From Haliea sp. (lineage in GTDB: Bacteria > Pseudomonadota > Gammaproteobacteria > Pseudomonadales > Halieaceae), in assembly GCA_041746975.1 (NCBI GenBank), contig JBGTGB010000058.1, positions 3,855 through 67,854 of the forward strand: a DNA stretch of 64,000 nt, in the 5' to 3' direction. The stretch's first letter is position 1. Every line of letters starts with the position of its first letter. Position numbers and translations under genes: made by a program. The notes under the pieces were generated by a model, which was not told the DNA's origin, made no database searches, and worked only from the letters and a program-made list of their open reading frames with translations. This document shows, piece after piece, positions 1-8,285 of the stretch.

Positions 1-1233
1 AGCAGCACCCGTGACACTCGCGATCCGCCAGCGAACGCTGCGGCGCTGGCGGGTGCGGGGGTCGGTGCTGCACTCGCGGCGGAGGCCGCCATCTGCGCCG
101 CCAATCCGATCTGCCTGGTGGCCTTCCCTGTCACCCCGGTGGGAATGCTGGAGGCGCCCCTGCGCAATCGCAGCAGTGGCGAGTTGGAGAACCGGGCGGC
201 CTATGCCCTGCTGTCCTATGACCTGACCGATGCTGTCACCCTTACGGTCGAGGGTCGGTATCAGGAGGAGAAGGTTTCGCAGCAATCGATCAGCCAGCGC
301 CTGGGGCAGGAAGTCACGAACTTCACCGCCATCTCCGACACTTTCAGCTCCTTTACTCCTCGCGTCACCCTGGACTGGAAGATCAACGACAACAACATGA
401 TCTATTTCCTGGTCGCAGAGGGAACCAAGCCGGGTGGCTTCAACTCGGCAGCCGCAATTGATGCCGGGGTGCCTGATTTCGAGGAAGAAGATCTTCGGTC
501 ATTCGAAATTGGTACCAAGAGCGTGCTCCTGGACGGCCAGATGGTTTTCAATACGGCCTTTTTCTACAACGAGCTCGAGGGCTATCAGCTGACCCAGAAC
601 GTCCAGGGCGCTGGCGAGATCACTTCGGCAACGGTCAACGCCGGTGATGCGGATCTTACCGGACTGGAATTGTCCATGTACTACCGACCCGAGGCACTGC
701 CGGGGCTGTCCCTGACTGCGAATTATGCCTACGTGGATCCGGAGTTCACCAATGGTTTCGATCTCAATCAGGGCCTGCTTAACGACATCGCCGATGATGG
801 CCTGACCAACTGTTCCACTGGCGTACAGTTTGAGGGCGCTGCGTGTTCGGTGGATACCGTTGCGCTGGGTTCCATTCGCGGTAAGCAGATTCCCCGCACA
901 TCACGGAATACCGCCTTCGTTGATGCTGAGTATCGGCAGGCGCTGGGGAATGGCTGGGAGTGGTACCTGGGGGCAAACTACTCCTATGAAGAGAGCCGCT
1001 TCGCTCAGGTGCTGAACCTCGCCGAGACCGGTGACATCGGCACGATGAACGCGCGTTTTGGCCTCGAGAACGATAAATACGCTATCAGCATCTGGGGCAA
1101 GAACCTGACCGGAGAGGACGCGGTGCCGTTTATTCTCCGCTATGCAGATGCGGGCGACAGCCTAAAACGGAACTTCGTCGCCACCACGCGGCGAGACACC
1201 TACTTCGGAGCCACCTTCACCGCGCGCTTCTAG
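1..1233 (+). CDS. TonB-dependent receptor, C-terminal part (5' end outside window)
   Basis: Frame is open from base 1; beta-barrel motifs (FTPRVTLDWK, YFLVAEGTKPGGFN, FEIGTKS), C-terminal GATFTARF with terminal Phe. Confidence 0.93.
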   Translation, partial: SSTRDTRDPPANAAALAGAGVGAALAAEAAICAANPICLVAFPVTPVGMLEAPLRNRSSGELENRAAYALLSYDLTDAVTLTVEGRYQEEKVSQQSISQRLGQEVTNFTAISDTFSSFTPRVTLDWKINDNNMIYFLVAEGTKPGGFNSAAAIDAGVPDFEEEDLRSFEIGTKSVLLDGQMVFNTAFFYNELEGYQLTQNVQGAGEITSATVNAGDADLTGLELSMYYRPEALPGLSLTANYAYVDPEFTNGFDLNQGLLNDIADDGLTNCSTGVQFEGAACSVDTVALGSIRGKQIPRTSRNTAFVDAEYRQALGNGWEWYLGANYSYEESRFAQVLNLAETGDIGTMNARFGLENDKYAISIWGKNLTGEDAVPFILRYADAGDSLKRNFVATTRRDTYFGATFTARF

Positions 1234-1255
1234 TGGTGTAGCCACGGTGAGGCAG

Positions 1256-1290
1256 AGCCGGCATGTGCTTTTGTAGCCATGCCGGCTTTT
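1256..1290 (+). terminator. Rho-independent terminator-like hairpin after the TonB receptor
   Basis: AGCCGGCATG (1256-1265) / CATGCCGGCT (1278-1287) inverted repeat followed by T-run. Confidence 0.6.
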
Positions 1291-1316
1291 CAATTTTCAA
1301 ATCACGGGGCTAGTTG

Positions 1317-2804
1317 ATGGACAAGGCGACGATCGTCGTGATCACCCTCGTTGTATACAAGGCGCTGCTGATCGGCATCGGATTCTGGGCGTCACGCCGC
1401 ACCCGGGATGCTGACGACTTTTTCCTGGGCGGTCGCGGTCTCGGCCCGCTGGTCGCTGCGATCAGCTACTCCTCCAGTGCCTCGTCGGCCTGGACCCTGC
1501 TGGGCATGAGCGGGCTCGCCTACGTAGTCGGGGTGTCTGCCCTGTGGCTGGTGGCGGGGTCCATTCTCGGCATGCTGGTGGCATGGTACTGGATCGGTCC
1601 GCGCCTGTGGCACTTCAGTCGCCAGCACGACCACATGACCCTGACTGATCTTATCCTCCACGACAGCAGTGGCCGGCTGCGTAGCCTGATTTTGTGGACG
1701 GCATCGATGATCGTGCTGGTCTCGTTTCTGCTCTACATCGCTGCCCAATTCCAGGGCGCCGGCAATACTTTCGCCACTACCTTTGATCTCTCCATGAGCC
1801 AGAGTATTGCCATCGGCGGCGCCATCATCATGGTCTACACCCTGTTGGGCGGTTTCTGGGCGGTCAGCGTCACGGACACCCTGCAGGGGCTGTTGATGGC
1901 AGTCACCGCCGTGCTGTTGCCGCTGGCGGCGCTGGTCGCCGTGGGCGGACCGGCCGGGTTCTGGCAGGGCCTGCTGGAGGTCAGCTCGCCGCAGCAGTTG
2001 AGCCTGACCGCCGGCAACAGTGGGCTGCTGGCCCTGGGAACAGTGGTGGGTGGTCTCGCCATTGGCATGGGCACTTTTGGCCAGCCGCACCTGCTGGTGC
2101 GCTTCATGGCGCTGCGGGATGAACGCGCGCTGCGCCAGGCCCGGCATATCACTATCGCCTGGTATCTGGTGGTGTTCCTCGGCATGTGTTTCCTGGGGCT
2201 CGTGGGCCATATTCTCGAGCGCGATGTCGCCAACCCGGAAACTATTTTTTTCGTGCTCACCGAGAGCCTGTTCCCCCCGGTATTGGGCGCCATCCTGCTG
2301 GCGGCGGTACTTTCGGCGATCATGTCCACTGCCGACAGCCAGCTGTTGGTAGCGGGGAGTGTAATCGCCCACGACCTCGGCCTGGGTGAGCGTCACCCGG
2401 CGCGCATGATGCTGGTGAGCAGGCTCACCATCGTAGTCCTGGTCGTATTGGCGGTGCTGGTGGCCATTTATCTACCACAGCAGATTTTCAGCCGGGTCTT
2501 GTTCGCCTGGATTGCACTGGGTTCGGCTTTTGGACCGCTGGTGTTTGTACGTCTCGCGGGCCTGCGCGTCGCTCCGCTGGGCGTGCTGCTCTCCATTGGC
2601 AGCGGCTTCGGCCTGGCGGTTGCGCTGTCACTCCTGCCTGACACCCCCGGGGACATCGCCGAGCGCCTGCTGCCATTCTGCGTGGCCCTGGCGATCCTGT
2701 TGCTCTGGCGACTACCCGCGCACGCAGTCAGAGCCTCGCAAGATCCTCCTGCCAGCCCGACAGCAGGGGGAACTGTTGGTCCGGAGCGCGCTCCCCCGGG
2801 CTGA
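1317..2804 (+). CDS. Sodium:solute symporter (SSS, PutP-like)
   Basis: Many TM helices; DFFLGGRGLGP, SAWTLLG, GGFWAVSVTDTLQG, GQPHLLVRFMA, AAVLSAIMSTADSQLL motifs; ATG at 1317 preferred to TTG at 1314. Confidence 0.9.
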   Translation: MDKATIVVITLVVYKALLIGIGFWASRRTRDADDFFLGGRGLGPLVAAISYSSSASSAWTLLGMSGLAYVVGVSALWLVAGSILGMLVAWYWIGPRLWHFSRQHDHMTLTDLILHDSSGRLRSLILWTASMIVLVSFLLYIAAQFQGAGNTFATTFDLSMSQSIAIGGAIIMVYTLLGGFWAVSVTDTLQGLLMAVTAVLLPLAALVAVGGPAGFWQGLLEVSSPQQLSLTAGNSGLLALGTVVGGLAIGMGTFGQPHLLVRFMALRDERALRQARHITIAWYLVVFLGMCFLGLVGHILERDVANPETIFFVLTESLFPPVLGAILLAAVLSAIMSTADSQLLVAGSVIAHDLGLGERHPARMMLVSRLTIVVLVVLAVLVAIYLPQQIFSRVLFAWIALGSAFGPLVFVRLAGLRVAPLGVLLSIGSGFGLAVALSLLPDTPGDIAERLLPFCVALAILLLWRLPAHAVRASQDPPASPTAGGTVGPERAPPG

Positions 2805-3486
2805 TGCCGGCGCGCTGCAGGCAGTGCCAGGCGAGACAGAGATTCGAGGTCAGGACCGGTTTTCCGGTCAGGGCCTGGAGGGCGACAATGCTGCGCAGCC
2901 CGGGCATTCCGGTGCCGGTTATGACCAGCACATCGGCTTCGACCTTGCGCCAGCGCGCGCTGAGGAAAGGTATCGCCGTGCTGCTATCAAGCTGGTAGAT
3001 ACTGCGGGTATCGCTTGCATTTGGCTGCAGGCTATCGGCGCGCAGGATCTCGTAGCCGGCGTCGCTCCAGTAGTCCAGCGCATGGCTGAGCAGCCACGCC
3101 GGGTAGGGGCAGGCGAGAGCGATGCGGCGCGCGCCCAAGACCTTGAGCGCTGCGTGGATGGCCTCCGCCGCAGTGCAGACCGGTACGCCGCCCGCGCTCT
3201 GCAGGTCCTTGAGCAGTTTCTGCTCCCGACCCCTGGGCAGGAGATAGCTGGAGGCAGTACAGGCAAAGCCCAGGACATTGAGGGCCAGGGTGTCGAAGCT
3301 GGCAAGAGCCGCGGGCAGTTGCTCGATGTAGTCAATGAAGCGCTGTTGCGGTTCGCCGCTGCTCACGAGGCGGGTGCTGTGCATGCCCACCCCCGCCGGC
3401 AGCAGGAGGCGCAGCTCTGGTTCAACCGTCGGGTTGGCTTGTGGCGTGGCGATGCCAATGCTGCCTTTGCGTCCGTATTCGGGCAT
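2728..3486 (-). CDS. Maleate cis-trans isomerase / arylmalonate decarboxylase / Asp-Glu racemase fold protein
   Basis: IGIATPQANPTVEPE, FACTASSY, RRIALACPYP, KPVLTSNLCLAW; second catalytic Cys site reads ITGTGMP; 3' end overlaps the symporter by 77 bp. Confidence 0.85.
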   Translation of the reverse strand: MPEYGRKGSIGIATPQANPTVEPELRLLLPAGVGMHSTRLVSSGEPQQRFIDYIEQLPAALASFDTLALNVLGFACTASSYLLPRGREQKLLKDLQSAGGVPVCTAAEAIHAALKVLGARRIALACPYPAWLLSHALDYWSDAGYEILRADSLQPNASDTRSIYQLDSSTAIPFLSARWRKVEADVLVITGTGMPGLRSIVALQALTGKPVLTSNLCLAWHCLQRAGISPGERAPDQQFPLLSGWQEDLARL

Positions 3487-3620
3487 GGTGTCGTGAGTCG
3501 AGTGTATTTTTGTAGACTATTGTCCCAAAAAGTGTGTGGGTCAAGCATGGACTGGATTGGATTATACGGGTTGGAGCGTGGAGCGCACATGGCCGGCCCG
3601 GCAGCAGCGGGGGCGCGAGC

Positions 3621-4829
3621 ATGTTAGGACCAGGCGCTAGACCAATACCGGTGCTTGTTGTCGGTGCCGGCCCGGTAGGACTGACTGCGGCTGCGCTGCT
3701 GGTGCAAGCGGGCGTGCCGGTGCGAGTGGTGGAACGTGAACGGGACCTGCCGGAGGATATGCGCGCCTCCACGTTCCATCCGGCAACCCTGGAAATCATT
3801 GACCGCCTGGGACTGGCCCGGCCGCTGCTGGAAGAGGGCACGGTGGTGTCGCGCTGGCAGTATCTGGTACACGGCTCGCAGCAGCGCGCGGTTTTTGACA
3901 TGGGAGTGCTGGCCGAATGCACGGGCTTTCCGTTTCGCCTCCAGTGCGAGCAGTTTCGCCTCACCCGCCTGCTGCTAGCCAGGCTGCAGAGCAGCCCCCT
4001 GTTCACGATTCAGTTCGGCTGCGAACTGGTCGGCGTGCAGCCGGGCGAGGCAGACGTAGAAGTAGCGCTTGGATCCGACCGAGAGAGTGAGCGAGTCCGC
4101 TGCCGCTGGCTGCTGGCCTGTGACGGGGGTCGCAGTACGGTGCGTAAACAGCTGGGATTGGCCTTCGAGGGCATGCAGTTTCCCAAGACCTCGATCACCC
4201 TGGTGGTCAGGCACCCCTTTCAGGACCAGTGGCCGGATCTGCTCGGCGTGAACTACGTCTGGACTGACAGCGCCCACTATAGCCTGATGCAGTTGCGCGA
4301 CCTGTGGCGTTTGTCCTATTCACCCCGGCCAGACCAGTCCATCGCCGAGGCGCTGGCGCCGGAGGCTGCGCAGGCACAGCTGCAGGCGCTGTTCCCTGCC
4401 GCCCGGCCCTATGAATTGTTGCAGCGCAATTACTACACCTTGCAGCAACGCTGCCTGGACTCATTCGTCGTCGGCCGGGTGCTGTTTGCCGGCGATGCCG
4501 CACATCTTAACAGCCCGGCCGGCGGTATGGGGATGAACAGCGGCATCCACGATGCCCAGTGCCTGGTTGAGCACCTGCTCCCGGTGCTGGCGGGAAAGGA
4601 CCCGGCCCATCTGCAGCGTTACGATCGTCGCCGGCGAACCATCGCGCTGGAGGAAGTGCAGCGACTGTCGGCCCGCAATTATGCTCGCCACCGGGAGACC
4701 GATCCGGCGCGGCGGGCTGAAATCTGGCGGGAGCTGCAGGCCACCGCCGATAATCCCGGGCGCCAGCTCGATTACCTGATGGACTCCTCAATGTTGCGTT
4801 CCCTGGAGCGTGAACGCAGTATCGACTGA
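3621..4829 (+). CDS. FAD-dependent monooxygenase (MhpA/PheA-like aromatic hydroxylase family)
   Basis: VLVVGAGPVGL, LLACDGGRSTVRK, FAGDAAHLNSPAGGMGMNSGIHDA fingerprints; start set at ATG 3621. Confidence 0.9.
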   Translation: MLGPGARPIPVLVVGAGPVGLTAAALLVQAGVPVRVVERERDLPEDMRASTFHPATLEIIDRLGLARPLLEEGTVVSRWQYLVHGSQQRAVFDMGVLAECTGFPFRLQCEQFRLTRLLLARLQSSPLFTIQFGCELVGVQPGEADVEVALGSDRESERVRCRWLLACDGGRSTVRKQLGLAFEGMQFPKTSITLVVRHPFQDQWPDLLGVNYVWTDSAHYSLMQLRDLWRLSYSPRPDQSIAEALAPEAAQAQLQALFPAARPYELLQRNYYTLQQRCLDSFVVGRVLFAGDAAHLNSPAGGMGMNSGIHDAQCLVEHLLPVLAGKDPAHLQRYDRRRRTIALEEVQRLSARNYARHRETDPARRAEIWRELQATADNPGRQLDYLMDSSMLRSLERERSID

Positions 4830-4843
4830 TTACCGGAGGCTAT

Positions 4844-6400
4844 ATGGAATCACTACAGCAACTCCTGGCCCGTGCTCCCTGCGCGATTCCAGACCCGGTT
4901 ACCAGTCGTATCGACGGCGCGCTGGTACCGCCAGACACTGCTGCCGCTACCCTGCCGATCACGTATCCCGGGACCGCGGAAGTGGTGACGCAGTTGCAGG
5001 TAGCGGATGCTGCCGAGGTCGGGCGCGCGGTCGCCGCTGCCCGCGCCAGTTTTGCCAGCGGTGTCTGGGCGGGAATGGCCGTTGCCGAGCGCCAGCGGGT
5101 TCTGCGCAAGGGCCAGCAGCTGTTGCAGGAGCACAGCGCGACCCTGGCCTTCCTCGAATGCCTGGCTGCGGGGCTGCCGATGGTGCATCTGCAGTCGCGT
5201 CAGGTGCCACGGGCGGCGGAGAATTTCGGTTTCTTCGCTGAATTCATTGGTCAGCAGGCGGGCGAGAGCTTTGAGCAGATGCCCGGCTACCTGACCACTG
5301 TCACCCGCCAGCCCGCGGGGGTCGCGGCCCTGCTGGCGCCCTGGAACGCGCCGCTGGCGCTGGCTTCCATGCAGCTCGCCTCCTGCATCGCTTTTGGTAA
5401 CAGCTGTGTGCTCAAGCCTTCCGAATACACGCCACTGTCAATTGGCTATATGGTGGATTTGCTGGAACAGGCAGGCCTTCCGCCGGGCGTAATCAACGTG
5501 GTTAACGGGCCGGGTGCGGTGACCGGTGCGGCACTGGTGGCGCACCCGGATATCGACCGCATCGCTTTCACCGGCGGGACGGCCACGGCTCGCGCAATCA
5601 TGGCGGCCGCTGCGCCCAGGCTGGTGCCTCTGCATCTGGAGCTCGGCGGCAAGTCGGCGAATATAGTCTTTGACGACGCCGATCTCGAGCAGGCGCTGGA
5701 CGGTTCACTTATCAACATATTCGCCAATAACGGCCAGATCTGTATCGCCGGCTCGCGCATCCTGGTGCAGCGCGGCATTGCCGATCGCTTCATACCGGCC
5801 TTTGTCGAGCGTGCGCGCCATATTCGCGTGGGCGATCCGATGGACCCGGACTCGGAAATGGGGCCGCTGGCGTTTGCCGCCCACTTGCAGCGGGTGCAGG
5901 AGCACATTGCCGGTGCCCTGGCCGATGGGGCGCGGCTGCTGGTGGGCGGCGCAGGCCTGCCCGAACTGGGCGCTGGCTACTTTCTGCAGCCGACAGTGTT
6001 GCAGGTAGAGTCCAATGCCCTGCCTATCTGTCAGCGGGAAGTGTTTGGGCCGGTCGCCACCATACAGCTGTTCGACCGGGGCGAAGAGGCGTTCAGTATC
6101 GCCAATGACAGTGAATTTGGCCTGGTTGCCTATGTCTGGACCGATTCGCTGCAACGCACCCTCGCCGCTCAGCAGCGCCTGGAGGTGGGCACAGTGTGGG
6201 TCAACACTCCGCTGGCGCGCGATCTACGGGCGCCTTTCGGCGGCTTCAAGCAGTCGGGCATGGGCCGCGATGGTCCGCGGCAGTGCGCGGAGTTTTATAC
6301 CGAAGAAAAGGCCACGATTGTCGCCCGCGGGCGGGTGCCCATGCCGCGCCTGGGTGCGGGGGGCGTGGATATCAGTGCAAGGGATCCTGGAGCTGATTAA
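4844..6400 (+). CDS. Aldehyde dehydrogenase, 2-hydroxymuconate/2-aminomuconate semialdehyde dehydrogenase-like
   Basis: PWNAP, FTGGTAT, LELGGKSA (Glu), NGQICIAGSR (Cys), REVFGPV, APFGGFKQSGMGRDG; QVPRAAENFGFFA resembles HpaE/XylG types. Confidence 0.9.
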   Translation: MESLQQLLARAPCAIPDPVTSRIDGALVPPDTAAATLPITYPGTAEVVTQLQVADAAEVGRAVAAARASFASGVWAGMAVAERQRVLRKGQQLLQEHSATLAFLECLAAGLPMVHLQSRQVPRAAENFGFFAEFIGQQAGESFEQMPGYLTTVTRQPAGVAALLAPWNAPLALASMQLASCIAFGNSCVLKPSEYTPLSIGYMVDLLEQAGLPPGVINVVNGPGAVTGAALVAHPDIDRIAFTGGTATARAIMAAAAPRLVPLHLELGGKSANIVFDDADLEQALDGSLINIFANNGQICIAGSRILVQRGIADRFIPAFVERARHIRVGDPMDPDSEMGPLAFAAHLQRVQEHIAGALADGARLLVGGAGLPELGAGYFLQPTVLQVESNALPICQREVFGPVATIQLFDRGEEAFSIANDSEFGLVAYVWTDSLQRTLAAQQRLEVGTVWVNTPLARDLRAPFGGFKQSGMGRDGPRQCAEFYTEEKATIVARGRVPMPRLGAGGVDISARDPGAD

Positions 6401-6938
6401 GCTCAACCACAAAGCCGTCGGGATCCTGCACCACGCTGACCATGACCCGGATCTCGCTGCTACCATCGTAGGAAGGGTAGGATACCAGGGAGGGCTCGCT
6501 CAGTACCGTGACTCCCTCGAGGGTAGTCGCTTTGGCAAAGCTCGTTTCCAGCTCATCGCTGTTGAATACCAGGACTACGGTGCCACGCTTGAAAGCGGCG
6601 TCCGTGAGGTCCACTTTCTCGACCTCGGGGCGCACGTACTGCAGCAGTCCGACAATGCCGACGTAGTCGTCGTTGGCGCGCAGAAACACCAGCCGCCGCA
6701 CCCGTTCCGCATCTTCGTTGCTGGCCCCGGCGGGGGTGTTCACCATGTTGTCGTAGATGACCCGCATCCCCAGCGCGTCACGATAGAAGGCCAGTGACGC
6801 CTCGACATCGTTTACCACCAGGGTGGTGCGACGCAGGTCGATTGCAGTTCGCTGGTCTTCCGCCACGGGCGCCGCCGCTGCCGCTAAGGGCAGCCAGAGC
6901 GCGACGGCCAGCAAGGCACTCAGGAAAGGTGTGTGCAT
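6372..6938 (-). CDS. VOC/glyoxalase family protein with signal peptide
   Basis: TTLVVNDVEASLAFYRDALGM and VQDPDGFVVELNQ; hydrophobic N-terminus ending in AAAAA. Confidence 0.8.
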   Translation of the reverse strand: MHTPFLSALLAVALWLPLAAAAAPVAEDQRTAIDLRRTTLVVNDVEASLAFYRDALGMRVIYDNMVNTPAGASNEDAERVRRLVFLRANDDYVGIVGLLQYVRPEVEKVDLTDAAFKRGTVVLVFNSDELETSFAKATTLEGVTVLSEPSLVSYPSYDGSSEIRVMVSVVQDPDGFVVELNQLQDPLH

Positions 6939-6957
6939 TGTGTGTTCTCCGCTAACA

Positions 6958-6975
6958 GGGCCCGTTGCCGGGCCC
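6958..6975 (-). other. Intergenic GC hairpin with GCAA tetraloop on the minus-strand transcript
   Basis: GGGCCCG-TTGC-CGGGCCC between the DUF1838-like and VOC genes; no U-tract, so more likely a stabiliser or pause site than a terminator. Confidence 0.5.
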
Positions 6976-6989
6976 GGGACGCAAGGGGA

Positions 6990-7865
6990 TTACTCGGATT
7001 TGCGACCGTCGATGATCTTCTTCATATAGGTCCAGGAGGTCTCGTTGCGGCGCGGGTCATCGCCCGCGGGTGGGCTGGTGTACTCCGGATAGTTGGTGGC
7101 GATCTCGTTCTTCATCAGCTCCGAGAGTTGGTCATAGCTTTCCAGCTTGCGACCCATGGCGTTGAAGTACAGCAGGCCACTGCGGTTACCCATCTCCATC
7201 CAGGGCAGCCACTGCGAGATCCGGACCCAGGATACGACGGGATACTCGACATCGATGGCCGGATCCAGCAGTGCAGCGGTGCTGCCGTTGAAGTCGAAAA
7301 TCTCGGTCGCGTGGTAAGTGCCGCCAACGTACTGCTGATAATCCCCGGCGAGTGGGTTGGTGTAGAACAGCGGTATCTCCATGCGCATAAGGTATTGGCC
7401 GTTCATGTCTTCGAGATTGAATGTGCGCTCTTCTCCGCTGGGTGTCCTGCCGTAGCTGGTGTGGTTGACTGGATCATTGGCGACGTGAATCACCTCGTTG
7501 CTGGCACCGGTCCAGGGATTCTCGAAGGTGCGCATGACCTCGTTGGTCTCCGGATCGAGATACAGCATGATCTCCCGGGACACCAGTCTGTAACCCTTGC
7601 CCAGCTGCGGGTCACTGACTTCCAGGCACTGGCGGATGTTCATGCCGTCGAGGTTGAAGACAAGCTTGTCGCGTTCCCCGGGCACCCGGGCATAGGCGCG
7701 CCCGAACCACTGGAATACCTGGGGATCGTTGTCCTTGAGGGAACACTGCACCTTGCGGTTCAGCTGGATGTAGCCGTCGGCTGTATTGGGGTCTATCTGT
7801 TCAGCGCTGGCGGAGCAGACGAGCAGGGCGCCGAGCCCGGCTGCGAGAAGTTGGCGAATATGCAT
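6990..7865 (-). CDS. DUF1838-like exported protein
   Basis: Signal peptide (LLAAGLGALLVCSASA); WFGRAYARVPGERDKLVFNLDGMN, NPWTG, HVANDPVN, WLPWMEMG resemble DUF1838 as I recall it. Confidence 0.7.
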   Translation of the reverse strand: MHIRQLLAAGLGALLVCSASAEQIDPNTADGYIQLNRKVQCSLKDNDPQVFQWFGRAYARVPGERDKLVFNLDGMNIRQCLEVSDPQLGKGYRLVSREIMLYLDPETNEVMRTFENPWTGASNEVIHVANDPVNHTSYGRTPSGEERTFNLEDMNGQYLMRMEIPLFYTNPLAGDYQQYVGGTYHATEIFDFNGSTAALLDPAIDVEYPVVSWVRISQWLPWMEMGNRSGLLYFNAMGRKLESYDQLSELMKNEIATNYPEYTSPPAGDDPRRNETSWTYMKKIIDGRKSE

Positions 7866-7970
7866 GATCAGTCCTCTTATTGGTTAGGCTTGTTGCCCGA
7901 GAATGCAGCTTTCCCCAGTACTATATAATATGATCTATAAGTATGGAAATATAACTTATAAGGAGTGGTG

Positions 7971-8285
7971 ATGGCAGCCTATATGGTGGTCGAGGCAGAA
8001 ATTGAGCAGCCTCAGGGGTTTGCGGCCTATGCGAGAGCGGTGCCGGCGCTGGTGGCGGAATACGGTGGCGAGTATCTTGTGCTCGGCGGAGAGGCGGAGT
8101 CTCTGGAAGGGGATTGGGGTGGCGTCCGGCTGGTGCTGCACCGCTGGCCCGACCGCGACACGGCCCGCCGCTTCTGGCACTCTCCCGAATACCGGGAACT
8201 CAAGCGCCTGCGCGAGGGAACCGGCACCTTTCGTGTTATGTTGCTTGAGGGGCTGGAGCGAGAAGTGCTGGAGAACGCGCCATGA
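7971..8285 (+). CDS. DUF1330 domain protein
   Basis: AYMVVE...FAAYARAVPALVAEYGGEYLVLGG...LEGDW...FWHSPEYRELKRLR; AGGAG RBS at 7961. Confidence 0.85.
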   Translation: MAAYMVVEAEIEQPQGFAAYARAVPALVAEYGGEYLVLGGEAESLEGDWGGVRLVLHRWPDRDTARRFWHSPEYRELKRLREGTGTFRVMLLEGLEREVLENAP

